The notes beneath the pieces were generated by a model, which made no database searches, was not told the DNA's origin, and worked only from the letters and a program-made list of their open reading frames with translations. A stretch of 64,000 bases of DNA from Scenedesmus sp. PABB004 (Eukaryota), in assembly GCA_014905635.1 (NCBI GenBank), contig JABVCE010000020.1, positions 1 to 64,000 on the forward strand, given 5' to 3'. This document shows, one piece after another, positions 1 to 11,120 of the stretch (position 1 is its first letter; each line of letters starts with the position of its first letter). The translations under genes were made by a program, and so were the position numbers.

Positions 1-215
1 CCTAAACCCTAAACCCTAAACCCTAAACCCTAAACCCTAAACCCTAAACCCTAAACCCTAAACCCTAAACCCTAAACCCTAAACCCTAAACCCTAAACCC
101 TAAACCCTAAACCCTAAACCCTAAACCCTAAAACCCTAAAACCTAAACCCTAAACCCTAACCCCTAAACCCTAAAAACCCTAAACCCTAAACCTAAAACC
201 TAAACCCTAAACCTA
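1..215. repeat. Telomeric repeat array (CCCTAAA)n = TTTAGGG type; chromosome end
   Basis: Perfect CCCTAAA 7-mers from 1 to about 125, then degenerate variants (CCCTAAAA, CCTAAAA, CCCCTAAA, CCTAAA) to about 215. Confidence 0.99.
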
Positions 216-403
216 GAGCTGCAACGTTGTTCATGTGACTCGACGCATGTCTGCGGCCAAGGGCTGCATGTGTCGGCCGTCCGACACCTGCCACCGGTGA
301 GGCCTCCGGCCGGTGTTTACCGAGGCAGCCCCGGCGCGCCCATGCCTCGCGCGGCCCAAACATCAGCGCGCTGCCAAGGGCGGCTCCGCTCGCCCGCGCC
401 CGC

Positions 404-2621
404 TCACTCGTGCTCGGCGAGCGCGAGCTCGTAGTCGTGTGGCGCCTCGGCGGCGCCCCCGCGGCCCCCGCCCCCGCCGGCGCTCGCCGCCGGGCGCGCC
501 CCCGCGGGCGCGGCGCGCTGAATGCGGTCGAGCGCGGCCATGGCCTCGACGCGGATGGCGTCGAGCTGCCGCAAGACGGCCAGCGTGGGCGCGCCCGCCT
601 CGAGCTGCTCGGCGGTCACCGCGCCCGACGTCAGCTGCAGCTCCAGCTCCGCGCGCATCGCGTGCAGCGTGGACAGGAAGCGCCCCGGCCGCACGATGTC
701 GAGCGTCTCGGGCTTGCCCTGGGCACCCGCCGCCGCCGGCGCGGCGCCGCCAGGCGGCGCGGGCGCCTCGCCCACCCAGTCCTCTTGGAACGCCTGCGCG
801 GCGGCGGCAGGCTGGTGAGCGAGCAGCGGGCGCTGCGCGCTGCGCGCTGCGCGCTGCGCGCTGCGCGGCGCTGCAACGGCCGCGCGAGGCGCTACGGGCA
901 CCCCCGGCGGCGCGGCGCACGCGCCCGCGCGCGCGCAAGCAGCGCGCCCGCCCCGCCGCCCGCCGCCCGCGGCGCGCCTTGGTGAGCAGGCCCAGGCGGC
1001 GCCCCTGCTCAGGCACGACCAGCAGCTCCTTCATGAACGCCGCGCAGCGCGCGGGCAGGTTGGTGCGGTGGAAGGCAAACAGCTGCGCGGCGCTCGGCGG
1101 CCCGCCGGCCGCCGGCGCGCTGCTGCCGGTGAACAGCTGCGCGTCCTGCCGCTCCACCATTGCGCGCAGCTCCTCTCGCACCAGCACCAGCCGCGCCAGC
1201 AGCGCGCGGTCAGCGACGACCTGCGGCGGCGGCAGCAGCGGCGGCGGCGGCAGCACGCGGCGGGGTGAGTGTTGCGCGCGGGCTGCGTCGCGCCGCCGAG
1301 CGCCTCCGGCGTCCGGCAGCGACCGAGCCAGCGCCCCGCGTCACCCCGCCTCGCCCCGCGCGGCCCCGCCCCGCCCCGCCCCGCCCCGCCCCGCCCCGCC
1401 CAGCCCTGCGCCGCGCCGCCCGCGCGCCCACCTGCTGGTCCTCCATGTCGTCCACCAGCTGGATGGCCGCGCCCCCCAGCTCGTCCAGCGACGCACCCGG
1501 CAGCGCGCCGCCGCCGCCGTTCAGCGCGCGGGCCACCAGCTCCTCGCGCTGCTGCTTGCCGGCGTGCTGCAGCGCTGCGTTGAGCACCTGCACGGACGCC
1601 GGCAGGCGCGCAGCCACCTGCGCGCGGCGGGCGACGGCGCGGCGGCGAGCTCGCGGCGCTGCCGGGTGCGGGCGTGGGCGCCGCGGCGTCGCAAGCCCCC
1701 TCCACGGTTTGCCCCCCCCCCCCGCGCGCTCGAGCTGCTCACCAGCTCCAGCACCTCCGTCCGCACCGCGCCCAGCAGCGCCACGAGCTCGCCGTCGCGC
1801 TGCACGCTGGGCGCCGCGAGGTAGGCGTTGAGCGCGGCGAGGAAGTTCGAGTCGAGCCACTCCAGCCGCTTCACCACCGCGTTCCGCGCCGCCTGAGCCG
1901 GGGCCAGCGCAGCCGCGCGAGCGTGTGCGCGGGTCATGAGGGCGCAGCGCAGCACCGCACCCGCCATGCCGCCGCCCCCGACCGCCGCCCGCGCCGCCGC
2001 CCGCGCCGCCGCCCCCGACCGCCAGCCGCGCCTCCGCCGCCGCCGCACCTGGTTGAGCGCGAGGCCGGGCCCTTCCTCGTCCATCACGTACGCGCTGGCC
2101 TCCTCCACCAGCAGCTCGTTGAGCACCTCGGTCACGATGTCCTGCAGCGTTGCCGCCGCGCGGTCCACGCCCGCCCGGATGGACGCCTCCAGCGCCGGGT
2201 CGGCCGGCGGCGGGCGCGCCGCATCCGCGTCCACGCCCGCCGCCGCCGCCGCCGCCGCGCCAGGCGGCGTGCGGCCTGCACTGCCGCCGCCCGCCTCGCC
2301 GCCGGCGTCGCCGTCGCCAGGAGGAGGCTTGGGGCGTGCAAAGTAGCTGCTGGGCTTCCGCGGCGGGCCGCCGCTCCCGGCGGCGCCGCTGCCCCGCCGC
2401 GCCCAGCCCGTGCCCCACTGCGGCTGCCGCGCCGCCGCGTCATCGGTCCGGCCAGAGCTGCTGGGACCATCGACCGCGTCGCCGGCAGCGCCGGCTGCCG
2501 CCGCGCGCCGCGGCGCCGGCCGCCGGCTGCTCGCCGCTGCTGCCGCAGCTGCGCGACGGCCACCAGCGCCGCAGGCGCCAGGGCCAGCCACTCCGTGCGC
2601 CCCCAGTCGAGCCACGAGCAT
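404..2621 (-). CDS. PRDA1: Plastid PEP-RELATED DEVELOPMENT ARRESTED 1-like protein (multi-exon)
   Basis: Spliced product [10 protein letters not shown] (Ala/Arg/Ser-rich transit-like leader)...[21 protein letters not shown]...LPGASLDEL...[18 protein letters not shown]...[11 protein letters not shown]; these resemble motifs I recall from plant PRDA1 (DRKLLARLVLIREE, VRPGMFLE). Stop TGA at 404-406. Confidence 0.75.
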
Positions 2622-3091
2622 CGTGGGCCAGCTGCTCGCGAGACGGGGCGCCCCTGCTGGCAGCGGCGACGGCAGAGCTGCGTGCGGCTGCTGCTGATCG
2701 CTGCGGGCGCTGGCCCGGGCAGCGCAAATCACGGGGTTGGACGGGAGAGCACGCGGTGGCGGGCGCGGGGTGCAGAGGCGCCGGCGGCGCCGCGCCGCGG
2801 GGTGCATCGCCGCCGCGCTTCGCGCCAAACGACGGTGCCGCCTGTCGCTGTGCGGCCCGCCGTCGCGAGGCTGCCAGACGCCGGACCATCACACTCTCTT
2901 CACCACAGCGTCGCCAGCCCGTCCACGTCCCTGCACGCGCGGCGCCGCCTGCAGCGGCTGACCGCGCGCGCAGCGCCCGCCGAGCCGCCGTGCGCGCGCC
3001 GCCGACCGTGCTGCACCACCGGCGGACGCAGAGGGGAGGCCGGGCGCGCTGCCGGGGCGCTGTGCAGCGGCCGCGCCACTGCTCGCGCGCG

Positions 3092-6000
3092 ATGGGCCTC
3101 TGCGCGTCGGCGCCGGTCGCGGACGCCGCGCCGGCGGACGGCGGCGGCGAGCGCTCGGCGGCGGCGGCGGCGCCCGCGGCGGCCGCCCGCGATCGCCGCG
3201 CCGACGGCGCCGCCGCCAGGCCGGGCGGGGGCGGGGGCGGGCAGTGCATTCTTGGGCGGCTGGACGACGTGCGCGCGCGCTACACGTTTGACAAGGTGCT
3301 GGGCAAGGGCCAGTTTGGCGTGACGCGGCTGGTGACCGACACCACTACCGGCGAGGCGTGCGCGTGCAAGAGCATCAGCAAGCGCAAGCTCGTGAGCGCG
3401 GAGGACGCGGAGGACGTGCGGCGCGAGATCAAGGTCATGCATCACCTCAGCGGCCACCAACACGTCGTCCAGTTCAAGGGCGCCTACGAGGACGCACACC
3501 ACGTGCACATCGTCATGGAGCTCTGCACAGGCCCGCCGCACCGCCGCGCCGCGGCGCCGCCCCGCGCCGCCGGGCCCCGCCGCCGCGCCCGCCGCGCGCA
3601 GCGCGCTGCGCGCTGCCGGCGCCGCGCTGGGCTGACCGCCGCGCGCGCGCCCCGCAGGCGGCGAGCTCTTTGAGCAGCTGTCGGCCAAGGGCCACTACCG
3701 CGAGCGCGACGCCGCTGCCATCATGCGCACGATGCTGCAGGCGAGCGCGCGCGGCGGCGCGGGCTGCCGCGCCGCGCCGCGCCGCCGCGGCCGTGCCGCG
3801 CGGTGGCGCCGCCGCGGCTGCGCCGCGCGGCGAGCTCAGCCGCCGCGGCGCGCTGAGCAGCCGTCGCGTGCGCGCAGGTGGTGCAGCACTGCCACAGCAT
3901 GAACGTGGTGCATCGCGACCTCAAGCCAGAGAACTTCCTCTTCAAGGCGCGCACGCCGCAGGGAACCAGCGGGGGAGGACGGGGCAGCGCGGCGGCGTCG
4001 CCGAGCCGCCGCCTCGGCCGCGCTCCCCCGCCGCGCTGACCGCGCTCCGCCGCCGCGCGCGCAGGACGCGGGCAAGCACACGCTGAAGGCCATCGACTTT
4101 GGGCTGAGCGCCTTCTTCGTGGAGGGGAGTGTGCTGCACGACCTGGTCGGCTCGCCCTTCTACATGGCGCCCGAGGTGCAGAACCGGCGGCGGCGGCCGC
4201 AGCGGCAGCCGCGCCACCGGCGCATGGCCGGCGCGGCCGGCGCGGCGCAGGCCAGCGCAGGGCCGCCGCCCCCTGCTGACGCACGCGCGCCGCGTCCCTG
4301 CCGCTGCGACGGGGCAGGTGCTGCGCCGGGGCTACGGCAAGGCCGCTGACGTGTGGAGCTGCGGCGTGATCATGTACATCCTGCTCTGCGGCTGGCCGCC
4401 CTTCTACGGCAGCAACGCGCAGCAGATCTTCCGCGCCGTGCTGCACGACAGCCTCGACCTCGCCTCGCCGCCGTGGGACTCGATCAGCCCGCAGGTGCCT
4501 CTCACGCCGTCGTGCCGCGCGCGCCGCGCTGCGCGCGCCGCGCCTCGCGCGCCGCGCACCGGGTGCCGCCGCTCACGCGCGCCTGCCGCCGCCGTCGCCG
4601 GCACGCAGGCCAAGGACTGCGTGAAGCGCATGCTGGTGCGCGACCCGCGCAAGCGCGCCGACACGGCGAGCATCCTGGGCCACGAGTGGATGCAGGGCGG
4701 CGCCTCGGGCGCGCCCGAGGCGCCGATGCAGCCCGAGATCCTGGCCCGCTTGCGCCAGTTTGCGGGCATGAACCGCTTCAAAAAGGAGGCCCTGCGCGTG
4801 AGTGACACCCCGCGCGGCCGCCCGTGCGGTGCGGCGCCGCGCAGCGCTGCGCCGCGCGCCACGCTGAGCCCTGGCCGCGCCGCGCGCACGCGCGGGGCGC
4901 CGGCAGGTCGTCGCGGCGCACCTGCCGCCCGAGGAGATTGAGGGCATCCGCCAGATGTTCATGGACCTCGACCGCGACAGCAGCGGCACCATCAGCTTCG
5001 GTGCGCCTCCCTCGCCACGCAGCGCAGCGCTGCTGAGCGGGCGAGCGGCACGCGTCCGCCCGCTGCGGCGCGCCTTGCCCCTCGCCCCGCGCCCCGCGCG
5101 CCTCACCGCCCGCGCGCCCGCCCGCCGCGCCGGCCGCAGAGGAGCTGCGCGAGGGTGAGGCCGGGGGCGGCGGCGCGCGCGCTGGCGTGTGGGCTGCAGC
5201 AGGCGCGGCGCTGAGCTGAGCTGGCCACGTCGCTGCCCGCCGCCGCGCAGGGCTGCGGCGCAAGGGCGCCAGCGTGGCGGACGCGGAGCTGCAGCGCATC
5301 ATGGGGTCGGTCGACCTGGACGGCAACCACACGCTCGACTTCCAGGCGCGCGCGCGAGCGCAGCCGCCGCAGCGCCAGCAAGCGCCTGGCGCAGCGGTCA
5401 GCTCACCCCACGCACGTGCCGCACGCCGCACGCAGGAGTTTCTGACCGCCACCGTGTTCCTCGGCAAGCTGCAGCGCCGCGAGAACCTGATGGCCGCGTT
5501 TGCCCACTTTGACGCCGACGGCAGCGGCTTCATCTCGGAGGAGGAGCTGCTGCAGGCGCGGCGGCGCGCGCGCGGCGGCGGCAGACGCCCGCCGTCCAGT
5601 CTAGACGCTCGGCGGCCCGCCGCGCGCCACGCCGACCCGCCGACCCACCTGCCCCTCGGTCCTGCCGGGTCGACGCCGCCGGCACGCGCAGGCGCTGCGC
5701 GCGGAGGGCGTGTCGTGCGGGGCGATCGCGTCCATCCTGGCCGACGTGGACCGCGACAACGACCGGCGCATCGACTACGACGAGTTTGCGCGCATGATGC
5801 TTGGCGCCGACGACGCGGCCGCACGCAACGCGCCGCCCTCGCACGGCGGCGCAGACCCGCACGCGGGCGGCCACGGCAGGCCCGGCGCTGGGCACTCGCC
5901 GCAGCCGGTCAATGGCGACGGCTGCGCGCACCTGCCCGGCAGCGCCGGCCACAAGGGCGACGCGTCGGGCCGCGTCCCGGTCAAGCTCGGCAGCCAGGCG

Positions 6001-6123
6001 CGGCACACTCTGCACGGCGTGAAGAGCGGCGCGTGGATGGGGCAGCTGCGCGCCACGGAGCAGGCGCTGGAGCAGGCGGTGGAGGAGGCAGGCAGCCCCT
6101 GGACCAGCGCCGCGGACGGGTGA
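3092..6123 (+). CDS. Calcium-dependent protein kinase (CDPK/CPK), 11 exons
   Basis: MGLCAS (myristoylation/palmitoylation-type N-terminus), [43 protein letters not shown], junction [13 protein letters not shown], four EF-hands ([52 protein letters not shown]). Confidence 0.96.
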
Positions 6124-6825
6124 GCGCGCGCGCCGGGCGGCAGCCCTAGGTGAGAGAGCGGGGCCGGCGGACTCGCAGAGCAGAGACTGCGCAGCGCGTT
6201 TGTTTGCTTGCTGTGCAAGCTGCCGCTTCACTGCGGCACCGCGCGAGAACTGACCTATGGCTCTGGGCTGACCTGGGCACAAGGCACTGGGCGGCGCTGC
6301 ACTGCATCCCAGCCCTTGGCTTTGGCTGCGGGGCACTGCACTGAACCGGCTATGGCAGGGGAGTTCAACCCACGCATTGGTGGTGGTGTTTACTGCTCTG
6401 GCGCTGCCTGCACCCGACGGGCTGCGGCGGTGGGGGCAGCAGCGCTGCGAAGCACGCGCTGCATGCTCGATGTCAGGGGGCCAGGAAACGAGCGGGCTTG
6501 CATCATCCCATCTCGCAATGGGGAGACGCAGCGCTGCGGCAGCGAGCGCTGCCGCAGCGCCGCGCAGCATGCGCGCGCTCTCGCAATGCCCGCCCCGCGC
6601 TCTCTTAGCGCAAGAGATCAGACGGCAGCATCCCTCGAGCACAACAACAAGACAGAGAGAATGACGAAACACGGGCGACACGCAGCGTGCTGGCGCCCGC
6701 GAGCGACGGGCGTCCGAGCCGGCGCGGCGGCAGGGCGCCGCCGGCGCGACTGCTTGGTGCAGCAGCTGCTGCAACGACGCCACGCAATCAGAGCCGCTGC
6801 GTGCTGCCAGCACCCCCGCCCGCTG

Positions 6826-8140
6826 CTAGCTCGGCAGCGGCTTGAGGCCGAGGCCGCCCTCCCCGCCGCGCCGCTCGTTGCCCTTGAACGCCAGCAGCGG
6901 CAGCGGGGGCCGGTCCACAAAGCGGCCGCCCTCCCGCACCATGTTGGGCCCCAGCAGCCACGACGCGACGGCGCCGCCCAGCAGCCCGCCGATGTGGCCC
7001 CTGCGGGCAGCGGCGCGGGGCGTGCAGCGCGCACGTCTCAGCGTCCGCGGCCGGTGCTGGCGGAGGCATGCCCGGCGCTCGCGCCGCCGCCGCCGCTGCC
7101 GCGGCCGCCGCCGTTGCTGCCCCGCACCAGCCGTCGATGCCCTTTTGCGTTGCGGCAAAGGCGACGTTGATGGCGAGGCACACGCCCAGCTGCTGCAGCA
7201 CCGACTCGCTCCGCCGGCCAAAGATGTCGCGGTGGCGCCAGTAAAACACGCCCAGCGCCGCGCCGAGCCCAAACAGCGCGCCGCTCGCGCCCATGGACGG
7301 CCCCGGCGTGAGCAGGAAGCTCGCGGCCGCGCCCGCCAGGCCGCCGGCCAGGTAGACAGCGCTGAAGCGCCGGCTGCCCGCCAGCAGCTCCGCGTGCGGG
7401 CCGATGTTGGCCAGCGTCGCGCTGTTGACCTGCCGCGGCGAGCGCGGCGCGCGGCGCGTCGCACGGTGCGGCGCCGCTGGGCGCCGCCGCGCGCGGCTGC
7501 CGCTGGCTGGCGGCTGCCGCCGCCGCGCGGGCGGCGCGTGGGGCGTGGCGCACCGCGAGGTGGATGAGCCCGATGTGCAGGAAGTTGCAGCTCAGCAGGC
7601 GCCACCACTGCCCCGCCGCGACGAGCGCGTTGACCTTGGCGCCCAGCAGCATCAGCGTGCCCTTGCTCGCCCAGTCGAGCACGTACACGAGGCCGTGCAG
7701 CACCAGCAGGCTGTCCGTCACGCGGCGCAGCTCCGAGCCAAACGCCAGGTCGCGCGCGCTCGGGCGCGGCCTGTGCCGCGCGGCCGCGCGTCCGGGGGCG
7801 TCGCGGCGCGGCGGCGCGGCGTCGGTGGCGCCCGCGTCGGCGGCCCGCGGCGGCGCACCGCGCAGCCCGGCGCGCGCGCCCGCCCCGCCGCCGCGCGCCC
7901 GCCGCGGCGCAGCCGGCCAACCGCCCCTCCGCGCACCCACCCGCTGCTGCTGTTGCCGCTGCCGCCCGGCGCGGCGGACGCGAGGCAGGCCACCGAGCCG
8001 CCGGCGGCGAGGCTGCCGGCGAGCGAGCGGGCGGCGAGGCCGTGCGGCAGGCCGCCGCGCCGCAGCCGCCGCAGCGACCGCGCGGCGCGGGCGTGCAGGC
8101 TGCCCGCCAGGCCGCCGCGCGGCCCCAGGCTGTGCTGCAT
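6826..8140 (-). CDS. Rhomboid intramembrane serine protease (probably organellar, RBL10-like)
   Basis: GQWWRLLSCNFLHIGLIHLAVN, catalytic MGASGALFG and WGHIGGLLGG motifs across exons. Start inferred at ATG 8138-8140 (MQHSLG). Confidence 0.9.
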
Positions 8141-8454
8141 CCCGCCGCCGTCTCCGCGCGGCCGGGGGCGGCGGTCAGGGCCGGCGCGGCGCGCGCATGC
8201 GTGCCCGACGCAGGCGCTGCTGCTCGCGGCGGCGGCGGCGGCGCACGGCGGGGCGTCGGCGAGGCCGAGGGCGGCGGTCGCGGAGTGGGGAGCGCGTGGG
8301 CGGCCAATGGAGGGCCGCACACGTGCGCGTGGCGCCGGGGAGGGCGGCGGGCGCGAGTCTGGGCGTGCTGAGCGCTACCCGGCGCTCCGCGGGCGCGTTG
8401 GCGCCACCTTTTCGCGTAGCCCACCTCTGTTGTGGAGCAGACGCACACGCAGCC

Positions 8455-10793
8455 ATGGCGCTCCGCTTCGCCTCAAGCACCAGCACGCGCGCCCCCGCCG
8501 CTGGCGGGCGGCAGGCCGCCGCGCCCGTGGCGCGCGTTCCCGTCTCGGCGCCCGTGCTCCGTCGCGCCGGCGCGGCGCCCGCCGCGGCTGCGGTGGCGGG
8601 GCAGGCCGGCCTCGCGCGCGGCCAGGTCGCGCAGCCCCTGCGCTGCAGGTGAGGCCGCACGCGGGCGGGGGGCGATGCCAGCGCCTGGCCGGCGTGGCGG
8701 GCCACCGAACGCGCGCAGCGCGCTGGCGCGCCGGCGCTGCGCAGGGTCGGGGCGCCCTGGCGCGCACCTTTGCCAGCACCGGCGCGCCCCCAGCGCGCAG
8801 GCCGCGCGCCTGGGGGGGCCGCGCCCGCGACCCAGCAGCGCGGGCCATGTGCTCCGCCAGCGCGCGGGTCAATTGCAGGGTGCTCGCGCGCGGGCGCCGC
8901 TGCGCGCTGGGCGCTGCTCACGCCCCGCCGCCGCCGCCGCCGCCCCGCAGCGCCGCGGCCGCGCAGGCCGTGGGCACCACCACCGCGGACGGCCTGCAGG
9001 TCCCTCACGGCGGCAAGCTGGTGAACCTGATGGTCCCCGCGGAGCAGCGCCAGGCCGTCATCGACAGCTGCACCAAGACCATCGAGTGCTCCGACAGGAA
9101 CGCCTGCGACGTCGAGCTCCTCTGCGTCGGGTGCGCGCCACGGGGCACGGGGCGCGCCGCGGGGCAGCTGGCCGCCGCGGGGCACGCCGCAGCCGGCCGC
9201 CGCAGCTGGCCGCCGGCAGCCGCCGCCGACGCCCCGCCGCGCCCCGCGCGCCCCGTGTGCGCGCGCAGCGGCTTCTCCCCGCTCGAGGGCTTCATGGACC
9301 AGGCCGAGTACGACAGCGTCGTCGCCAACATGCGCACCACGGTGCGCGACCCGCCCCGGCCTGCACCGCGACCCGGCGCGGCAGCCGCAGCGGCAGCGCA
9401 GGCGGCGCCGCGCAGCGCGCCGCGCGCCGCGCGCCCACGCGGCGTGCCCGCACGCGCGCGCGCAGAGCGGTCTGCTGTTTGGGCTGCCCATTGTGCTGGA
9501 CACCGACTCTGAGGACGTGGGCCCCGGCGACAAGGTGCTGCTCACCTACCGGGGCACCCCCATCGCGGCGGTGACCATCGACAGCAAGTGGACGCCCAAC
9601 AAGGCGCTCGAGTGCCTCAAGTGCTACGGCACCTCCAGCCTGGAGCACCCCGCCGTGCAGATGGTCGCCATGGAGCGCGGCAAGTACTACATGGGTGAGA
9701 CACGCTCGACGCGGGGACCCGCGCCGCCGCCGCGCCGCCGCGCCAGCGGCAGCGCCGCCCGCCGCCCGCCGCGCGCGCAACCCGCCCCGCCCCGCCGTGC
9801 CCCGCCCGCGCAGGCGGCAAGGTGCAGGGCCTGGCGCTGCCGGAGCGCGTGTTCCCGTGCGCGACGCCGGCCGAGGTGCGGTCGACGCTGCCGGCGCACA
9901 CCGACGTGCTCGCGTTCCAGTGCCGCAACCCCATCCACCGCGCGCACTACGAGCTCTTCATCCGCGCCCTCGACGCGCCCAACGTCCGCGACGGCGCGGT
10001 CTGCCTCGTGCACCCGACCTGCGGCCCCACCCAGGTGCGGCCGCGCAGCCGCGCGGCTGCGCCGTGCGCAGCTGCGCCGCGCGCCCTCCCGCCTCACGCA
10101 CCCACCCACCCACACCCCCGCCGCGCGCGTGCCGGGGCGCAGGACGACGACATCCCCGGCGTCGTGCGGTACCGCACGTACGAGGTGCTCAAGGAGGAGA
10201 CGGCCAACCCCCGCCTGCGCTGGGCCTACCTGCCCTACTCCATGCACATGGCCGGGCCGCGCGAGGCGATCCAGCACATGATCATCCGCAAGAACTACGG
10301 TGAGCGCAGCGCCGCGCCGCACGCCGCACGCCGCGTGCCGCCGCCGCCGCCGCCGCCGCGCGGGGCGCCTGGGGCTGCAGGGGCGGGGCCTGCCGCTGCG
10401 CCGCCGCGCTTGACGCGGCGCCCCGTGCGGTGCCGCCGCCCGCGGCCAGGCTGCACGCACTTCATCATCGGCCGCGACATGGCCGGGTGCAAGTCGACGC
10501 TGAGCGGGGAGGACTTTTACGGCGCGTACGACGCGCAGGAGCTGGCGGGCGCCAACGCGGCGGAGCTGGGCATGGCGACGGTGCCGAGCCTCAACATCGC
10601 GTACACGCAGGAGAAGGGCTACGTCACCGCCGACGTCGCGGCGGCGGAGAAGCTCACCCCGCTCAGCCTCAGCGGCACCAAGTTCAGGCAGATGCTGCGC
10701 GCGGGCGGCGACATCCCCGAGTGGTTTGCCTTCAAGTCGGTCGTCGGCGTGCTGCGCGAGGCGATCAAGGAGGAGGAGGAGGCAAACAACTAA
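8455..10793 (+). CDS. ATS1: ATP sulfurylase (sulfate adenylyltransferase), plastid-targeted
   Basis: Transit-like MALRFASSTST; PHGGKLVNL, GFSPLEGFM, FQCRNPIHRAH (QxRN/HxxH), MHMAGPREA, THFIIGRDMAG, SLSGTKFR. Stop TAA at 10791-10793. Confidence 0.96.
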
Positions 10794-11120
10794 GGGCGCG
10801 TGCGTGCGTGTGCCTGGGGCGTGTGCGAGCGAGCGAGCGATCCGTGGGCTCTCTTCCGCCGGCGGCGGGGCGGCCGGCGCGTGGCAATTGCACGGCGGCC
10901 GCTCGGCCCGACCCGCGCGCCGCCGTCGTCGCGCGCTGAACCGCCCTCGCTCCCGTCAGCCCCCACTGCCCCTCACTGCCCCTGGCAATCGTCCCAAACG
11001 ACAGGGCCATCGCCGAGCCAGGTCGGGCGCTGCGCACTCCGCTGCGGTGCGCAGCTCTCTGCTGCTGCTGTTGCTCTCGCCTCGCGCGCCCCCGGGGCGT
11101 CGGCCGCAGCGGCACAGCCG

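Noticed and set aside
830..870. Short GC-rich tandem repeats in introns, e.g. (GCGCTGC)n and (CCCCG)n at about 1365-1400, as introner elements
   Set aside because: Introns in different genes share no extended sequence; this looks like simple slippage.
8455..10793. ATP sulfurylase forming a functional sulfur cluster with the Cys-rich genes
   Set aside because: No other sulfate-assimilation genes are present; proximity alone is weak evidence in a gene-dense eukaryotic genome.
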